The translations under genes and the position numbers were made by a program. Shown in pieces: positions 61,401 to 64,000 of a stretch of 64,000 nucleotides of DNA. The stretch is from Sphyrna mokarran. Taxonomy: Eukaryota. Within the stretch, counting starts at the first letter, position 1. Every line of letters starts with the position of its first letter. The DNA is taken from NCBI GenBank assembly GCA_024679065.1, contig JAGIQG010000016.1, positions 13,330,001 through 13,394,000 on the forward strand, written 5' to 3'. The notes beneath the pieces were generated by a model that had not been told where the DNA came from, did not search any database, and saw only the letters and a list, made by a program, of their open reading frames with translations.

Positions 61401-63923
61401 GGGATTCTTCTATATCATATATGATGATTCCTTTGCATTCATCGTACGCTGCAATTTGTGTTCGAATCATTCGATATACATGGGATCATCTCAGAGACTA
61501 TCGCTGTTGCTGTGCTCACACATGGATTTGGGCCTGTGTCTGCGGGAGTTTGCGCGTTCTCCCCGTGGTTGCGTGGGTTTCCTCCGGGTGTTCCGGTTTC
61601 CTCCCACATCCCAAAAATGTACTCTTAGGCTGATTAGCTAACAAATTATCCCTATATTGGTCCCTATATGGGAATCTTCAACAATAGGCATAGCCTAAAG
61701 TCAAGGATATGTCATTAAGACGTTAGGACGGCGGCGTGGGCTCGTTGGGCCGAAGGGCCTGTTTCCCGTGCTGTGTTGCTCTTTGTTCTTTGTTCTTGTT
61801 ATCATTTGATTGGCCGTTCTTCAACGTTTCAATTGAGCAATGCATTTAAATTGTAATGATTTTTTTTGCGAAAACCACTGACCCAACACACATTTCTTTA
61901 CATTATGTTCCATTGAGTAGCCAATACAGTGTCCCAATGTTTAGCACTGAAGCCTCAAAGCGCAAGTGACTTGGGTTTGATATTCACCTTGGATCACTGC
62001 ATATGCAGAGTTTGCACGTTCTCCCCGTGTCTCCATGTGTGTCTTCTAAAATCTCAGGTTTCCTCCTACAAACCGAAATGAAATGTTGCTTGAATGCATT
62101 GGTCATGCTATATTATCCCTCACTGTATCTGAATAGACGTCCAAGTGAGACGACTAGAGGATCTTCAAATTAACTTAATTGCAGTGTTAACGTTAGCCGA
62201 CTTGAGACTAACATAATAATAGATTTCTTTATCTTAAAATATGGTGGAATCTGCATTTTAATACATTCATGACGTCATCTGAGACGTGATCTTGTAGCTC
62301 CTTCCAAAAATATAGCAAATTATCTGATGTAATTTTAAACATTTCACCATAAGGACGAAACTTTCTATGCTTTATCGACCCAGGATAAAGGAATGGCAAC
62401 ATCATTCTAAGTCAATGTAATGCTTTCTTTCCGGATAAAACTGGGAAGATATTCTTCTCATGTAATTTTTCGCTTTATGCTTGAAAGTATTTGAGCTGAT
62501 AATTTTGGAAACAAAATGGCAAATTACACGCCAGTTTGGAAGATCTTTCTTCATGGATAACTTCCATGCCCGGGCCTGTTGCTGCCATTTGAAGAAAACA
62601 TACAAGAGAAGATAGCTTCAAAGCAATCCTGAAAATCTGATAAATGTGTTGGGCTATTTGATGGGATCAGCTGCAGAGTTTCCAAATTCAGAAATGCTAA
62701 TACACGCGCTCTTGTCGTAGCTTCAGTGTAACTGCCACTTCCGCTTTTTGCTAAAAGTTAGCTACATTTTGTTGAAGTTTAGTCTCAAAGATTGGGAAAG
62801 TGAAGAAAGCATAGTGTCATTGGATTGCTATAATATAGACGGAATCCTTTCACCATTGCAGCAAAACATGCCAGTTCTGCGAAATGTATGTTTTTGTACC
62901 TCAAGACTGTTTTGGCTGTTATTGTATATTTTGTATACTCCACTTTATTATCAATTTAGTTTTGTAGGTCACCAGATAAACAGTTACCTCTAACTTCACA
63001 GACAACATTTTAGAGATCTAACATACTAACTTGAAATACCTTTTGGCTCATGTTGCCATTCATTTTCCTGTTGCCGGTAATCTTAAATTAATGCCTTGTG
63101 GTCTCCACCCCTCCAGCCATGGAAAAGTATGTCACAATGGCCGCTGCCTACACGGCTGATAATTATGAAAATAATTCCGAAATTTCTGTTTAAACAGAAA
63201 AGTAGAGAAACCACATCATTCAAAGCTATCACTCAAAATTAATCACCCGTTCGTGCTATTCGTAAATGGTCGGTTAATGTGCATCACACTTTAAGCTGCA
63301 GTGATACGATTGATGTTGGATTATGTGTCTAATAAGAAAATCTTGCTCTGTAGAATTTATTGGAGAACATATTTTCTTGTTCGAATTGCGTGGCTTGTGT
63401 CGGCATAAGCCACCGACAAAAGTACATTCGGCACATCATCCTCATACCCTCTCAACCCAAGCCACACGTCACCACATCGTTTAATGGAATTAAGTCGATT
63501 GACTGACTTCACCACATGCTAGACAATATTTGAAAGTGTACGTTGACAGCACGCTATTACTAAAAACCAAACGGTTTTATATTTAATACTTACGATCGAT
63601 ATCAATCTACAGTATGAATGCTTATCAATGAGAACCCAATGTTGTGCAATCGAGACAATATGGCATGTTCATAAATTAATGCACGTCGTTCCAATTAATG
63701 AAACCTTCAAAGAAAATAATTGTTCACTGCACGTTTGTCTTTCATTCGGATCCACGTGCCGCCATCAAACCCCCCCCCCCCCCCCCCTTACTACCTTCAC
63801 TGCCACCCCCTTAGGGCTGCAGGATTTTCCCCACCGATGACGCCGAGTTTTAAGTAACCATTTGCAGTTATTTATTTTTAATTTCAGATCTTACTGACAC
63901 CAAAGAAAAGTTGGAAGAAGCAG
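4379..63923 (+). CDS. Internal part of a multi-exon gene: array of ~21 alternating 36-nt/27-nt phase-1 microexons encoding a 21-aa-repeat coiled coil; start and stop outside the window
   Basis: Repeated pyrimidine-tract+AG / 36 or 27 nt / GT units in alternation; spliced frame is open and shows heptad hydrophobic periodicity (positions 2,5,9,12,16 of each 21-mer). Confidence 0.88.
4830..4856 (+). CDS. 27-nt microexon, EEKLQVTSK
   Basis: ttttgttttcgtcttacag|AAGAAAAG...TCAAAAG|gtgtta. Confidence 0.82.
5586..5621 (+). CDS. 36-nt microexon, ETDDVPGTTGDS (atypical, non-helical)
   Basis: gttttcttcttatag|AAACAG...GATTCAG|gtttgc; exact length and slot in the alternation; ends TCAG|gtt like the 17700 exon; composition is divergent. 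Confidence 0.55.
7815..7841 (+). CDS. 27-nt microexon, ELKLKSKEA
   Basis: actcttttacag|AATTGAAA...GGAGGCAG|gtatgc. Confidence 0.88.
7935..8700 (-). mobile_element. CR1 LINE 3' fragment
   Basis: (agagtcat/agagccat) tail; minus ORF ...ESKTRGHKFRVR... Confidence 0.85.
11842..11877 (+). CDS. 36-nt microexon, ENITCKKASEDF
   Basis: catcattctag|AAAATATC...GATTTCG|gtgaga; TCK motif and donor shared with the 4379 exon. Confidence 0.85.
12111..12137 (+). pseudogene. 27-nt microexon-like unit EYKLNDKHK with non-canonical (AT) donor; probable dead exon
   Basis: gtattgcag|AATACAAG...CACAAAG|atatta; right size, slot and xxKL motif, but GT replaced by AT. Confidence 0.55.
12664..12699 (+). CDS. 36-nt microexon, ELANTKKAIEEE, GC donor
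   Basis: ccattcag|AACTGGCC...GAGGAAG|gccaga; resembles the 63888 exon, whose donor is gtcaga. Confidence 0.68.
13468..13900 (-). mobile_element. Highly degenerate CR1 3' fragment
   Basis: tagaaacat tail, cacacattcaccactacctgttgaagaaac and aattctataaatttcgatg...ccccctc segments resemble other CR1 copies. Confidence 0.55.
15855..15881 (+). CDS. 27-nt microexon, GKQLESKED
   Basis: tccttccattatag|GAAAACAA...GAAGACG|gtaact. Confidence 0.87.
17700..17735 (+). CDS. 36-nt microexon, ELNECEKDLEAS
   Basis: cttaatcataacag|AACTCAAC...GCTTCAG|gttggt. Confidence 0.87.
19105..19415 (-). mobile_element. HE1-like tRNA-derived SINE, degenerate
   Basis: ggccttt...gggaggaag...gaggaaacccacag...ctccgcacag pattern shared with 26800-27120. 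Confidence 0.65.
19937..19963 (+). CDS. 27-nt microexon, EDNLKLKEN
   Basis: ttttttttctatgcag|AAGACAAT...GAGAATG|gtattc. Confidence 0.88.
21370..21700 (+). mobile_element. tRNA-derived SINE, degenerate
   Basis: A-box-like tggcggaatgg and B-box-like gagctcgaatcc; related fragment at 60790-60850. Confidence 0.5.
21960..22775 (+). mobile_element. Degenerate CR1 3' fragment
   Basis: ctgaaagtggcaacacagttagataagg..., FTRKVMNICNAL..., 3' end gaaggtccgaag...ttctttgt. Confidence 0.8.
24283..24318 (+). CDS. 36-nt microexon, DLTSCTRSLKEL
   Basis: tctatctcccag|ACCTGACT...GAATTAG|gtaaga. Confidence 0.9.
24738..24800. repeat. (TAT)n/(TAC)n microsatellite
   Basis: tattattatt...tactactactactattactacgactactactac. 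Confidence 0.9.
24800..25795 (+). mobile_element. RTE-clade LINE fragment; 5' portion (24800-~25005) inverted
   Basis: Minus: WKQGSIP...CDNHRGISLLSITGKTLARVMLNRL; plus: FTYFGSTL..., GRRSRGGQKKRF..., ARIGLSSHLR; followed by (TAT)n repeats. Confidence 0.85.
26800..27120 (-). mobile_element. HE1-like SINE
   Basis: aaagaacaaaacagcacgggaaacaggcccttc tail; gggaggaaaccggag...gaaaacccacgc...ggggagaatg body. Confidence 0.8.
27330..27840 (-). mobile_element. CR1 3' fragment
   Basis: ORF 27505-27828 MLQLYKTLIRPHLEYCV...LERRRLRGDLIEVYKIM. Confidence 0.92.
28330..28735 (-). mobile_element. Degenerate CR1 RT fragment
   Basis: VDKGEQVDIIYLDFQ; gaggtcccagcaccgatccc...ggcactccac (reverse of SGVPxGSVLGP). 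Confidence 0.8.
29143..29169 (+). CDS. 27-nt microexon, GEELKIKEH
   Basis: tttttttttcag|GAGAGGAG...GAGCATG|gtaaca. Confidence 0.9.
29508..29682. repeat. Long inverted repeat (~84-bp arms) derived from Penelope terminal sequence
   Basis: taagaggtctgacaacatcaattttaaatccaacc... pairs with ...ggttggatttaaaattggtgttgtcaggcctctta. Confidence 0.92.
30070..30240 (+). mobile_element. SINE fragment (HE1-like body)
   Basis: tctccccgtgtctgcgtgc...ttccttccacagtcaaaaagac...gttaggtggattg. Confidence 0.7.
30497..30532 (+). CDS. 36-nt microexon, ELIAFKTSMKVL
   Basis: ttttctatattacag|AGCTCATT...GTTTTAG|gtacgt. Confidence 0.87.
30690..31030 (+). mobile_element. CR1 3' end
   Basis: gtggatagtcagaggctttttt...ggtaggtacctggaacg...gaagggcctg. 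Confidence 0.8.
31269..31295 (+). CDS. 27-nt microexon, EEMWEAKDE
   Basis: ggtcttttacag|AGGAAATG...GATGAAC|gtgagt. Confidence 0.87.
32406..32441 (+). CDS. 36-nt microexon, QLKTCDELERKL
   Basis: ccaaactgcag|AACTCAAA...AAATTAG|gtaagg. Confidence 0.88.
35445..35637 (-). mobile_element. tRNA-derived SINE 5' part
   Basis: Reverse complement starts ggggcagcatggtgggagaatggttagcattgct...cccggtgttgattccc. Confidence 0.75.
37080..38010. mobile_element. GC-rich putative non-autonomous DNA transposon fragment (Harbinger-like end), includes (CT)n and (CA)n tracts
   Basis: Abrupt GC/CpG-rich block ending gaaatgataaactcggtccc, whose reverse complement resembles the start of the block at 42871; internal palindrome cgcgcccg-aaaa-cgggcgcg. 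Confidence 0.4.
37589..37627. repeat. (CA)n microsatellite
   Basis: cacacacacacacacatacacacacacatacacacac. Confidence 0.95.
41174..41203 (+). CDS. Length-variant short microexon: 30 nt (VKDEMNKENE) or 24 nt from 41180 (DEMNKENE)
   Basis: Strong donor GAAG|gtaagc; two in-frame acceptors (gaatag|, ttaaag|); occupies the 27-nt slot between two 36-nt exons. Confidence 0.68.
42078..42113 (+). CDS. 36-nt microexon, DITDANKMLKEA
   Basis: tttttcttcatttcag|ATATTACC...GAAGCAG|gtctga; 28/36 identical to the 63888 exon. Confidence 0.88.
42871..43725. mobile_element. C-rich putative non-autonomous DNA transposon fragment (Harbinger-like end)
   Basis: Starts gggcccgcttttaccatatc (TIR-like), followed by a strongly C-skewed interior. 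Confidence 0.4.
44343..44575 (-). mobile_element. CR1 3' end (older copy); probable continuation at ~45500-45740
   Basis: gaacatagaacatagaacagtacagcac tail. Confidence 0.75.
44576..45412 (-). mobile_element. Young 5'-truncated CR1 (HER1-like) with intact 246-aa ORF2 C-terminus
   Basis: ORF 44669-45409 WAERWQMEFNVEKCEVMHF...LVRPHLEYCVQFWSPH...; (AGAACAT)n tail. Confidence 0.95.
46035..46900 (-). mobile_element. Penelope-like remnant with inverted terminal repeats
   Basis: Minus peptide KLEEQHLIFLLGILQP..NIEF; 46045-46135 is an imperfect reverse complement of 46790-46885. Confidence 0.75.
47230..47256 (+). CDS. 27-nt microexon, EEKLKSTEE
   Basis: tttctttattttgagcag|AAGAAAAG...AGAAGAAG|gtatac. 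Confidence 0.87.
48150..48445 (-). mobile_element. Degenerate HE1-like SINE
   Basis: tagaatcat tail; cccgaggccagaatcaa...gtgagacagcagc 5' end. Confidence 0.55.
48465..49500 (+). mobile_element. Rex1/Babar-like LINE 3' fragment
   Basis: RT-like segment (ctggattctg...gccccag...cttgtacacctatgactgtgtggcc); LYFLRRLNKFG...CSAQDRKKLQ; ends aataaatcaaatcaa. Confidence 0.75.
50560..51700 (-). mobile_element. Rex1/Babar-like LINE, deleted fragments
   Basis: CSPDLQYWTLKCRPYYL...VSIPP endonuclease-like peptide; degenerate 3' part at 50560-50970. Confidence 0.7.
51885..52395 (+). mobile_element. Penelope-like non-coding terminal region with hammerhead-like motif
   Basis: ccgacga-tgtttcc...ggtgac-gaaacgtct...caagctcggcgaac at 52323-52385. 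Confidence 0.55.
53489..53524 (+). CDS. 36-nt microexon, ALEKCKAIVQKL
   Basis: tttacacattcag|CTCTGGAG...AAATTGA|gtgaaa; conserved CK motif. Confidence 0.8.
54340..54700 (-). mobile_element. Very old CR1-like 3' fragment
   Basis: ttcatgattctgaaggtttcgttgagctcaaccc-type segment; weak. Confidence 0.3.
57734..57760 (+). CDS. 27-nt microexon, (K)ENLKGKEK
   Basis: ccttcatttttag|AGGAGAAT...GAGAAAG|gtaata. Confidence 0.88.
60486..60509 (+). CDS. Possible 24-nt microexon, EESNKSSK
   Basis: ttttcctgatctgttgaag|AGGAGTCC...AGTAAAG|gtaaat; in frame and parallels the 24-nt option at 41180, but breaks the alternation. Confidence 0.4.
61530..61800 (+). mobile_element. HE1-like SINE
   Basis: gagtttgcgcgttctccccgtgg...ccggtttcctcccacatcccaaa; tail gggccgaagggcctgtttccc...(ttctttg)n, reverse complement of 2856-2970. 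Confidence 0.85.
61925..62225 (+). mobile_element. tRNA-derived SINE (second family)
   Basis: ttagcactg..gcctca...gagtttgcacgttctccccgtgtct...ggtttcctcc. Confidence 0.7.
62975..63240 (-). mobile_element. Very degenerate CR1 3' fragment
   Basis: atcttaaattaatgccttgtggtctccacccctccagccatggaaa resembles the reverse of the CR1 FP...TRGH region. Confidence 0.4.
63888..63923 (+). CDS. 36-nt microexon, DLTDTKEKLEEA
   Basis: tttatttttaatttcag|ATCTTACT...GAAGCAG|gtcaga. Confidence 0.9.
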
Positions 63924-64000
63924 GTCAGAATAATGTACCTACCTATTCGGAATTTTAATCGTCTAAATTCGCCGCATCTCCATTCATCTATACCTCGTTA

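Noticed and set aside
1-64000. CRISPR array or prokaryotic operon
   Set aside because: No regularly spaced direct repeats and no gene-dense organisation; the sequence is vertebrate

Overview
Eukaryotic, AT-rich vertebrate DNA. The repeat content (CR1/HER1-type LINEs with (AAAGAAC)n/(AGAACAT)n tails, HE1-like tRNA SINEs, Penelope-like elements, Rex1/Babar, RTE) points to a cartilaginous fish (inference). Nearly every ORF in the supplied track is either a retroelement fragment or noise. The main hidden signal is one + strand gene spanning almost the whole window (4379-63923). It is built from about 21 phase-1 microexons that alternate between 36 nt and 27 nt, and it is not resolved by the ORF track. 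Each 36+27 pair is 63 nt = 21 aa = three heptads. Spliced in order they give a stop-free, E/K/L-rich coiled coil with consensus ELxxCKxxLxxL-EExLKxKEx, with Cys often at a core position. The array also contains apparently dead, GC-donor, length-variant and relic exon copies. The gene's N- and C-termini lie outside the window, so it cannot be named. Secondary observations: Penelope-derived hammerhead-ribozyme-like motifs, a 175-nt hairpin, a 5'-inverted RTE, an internally inverted CR1, a templated patchwork at a CR1 junction, and apparent lack of CpG depletion. Repeat boundaries are estimated by eye; exon coordinates were counted base by base.
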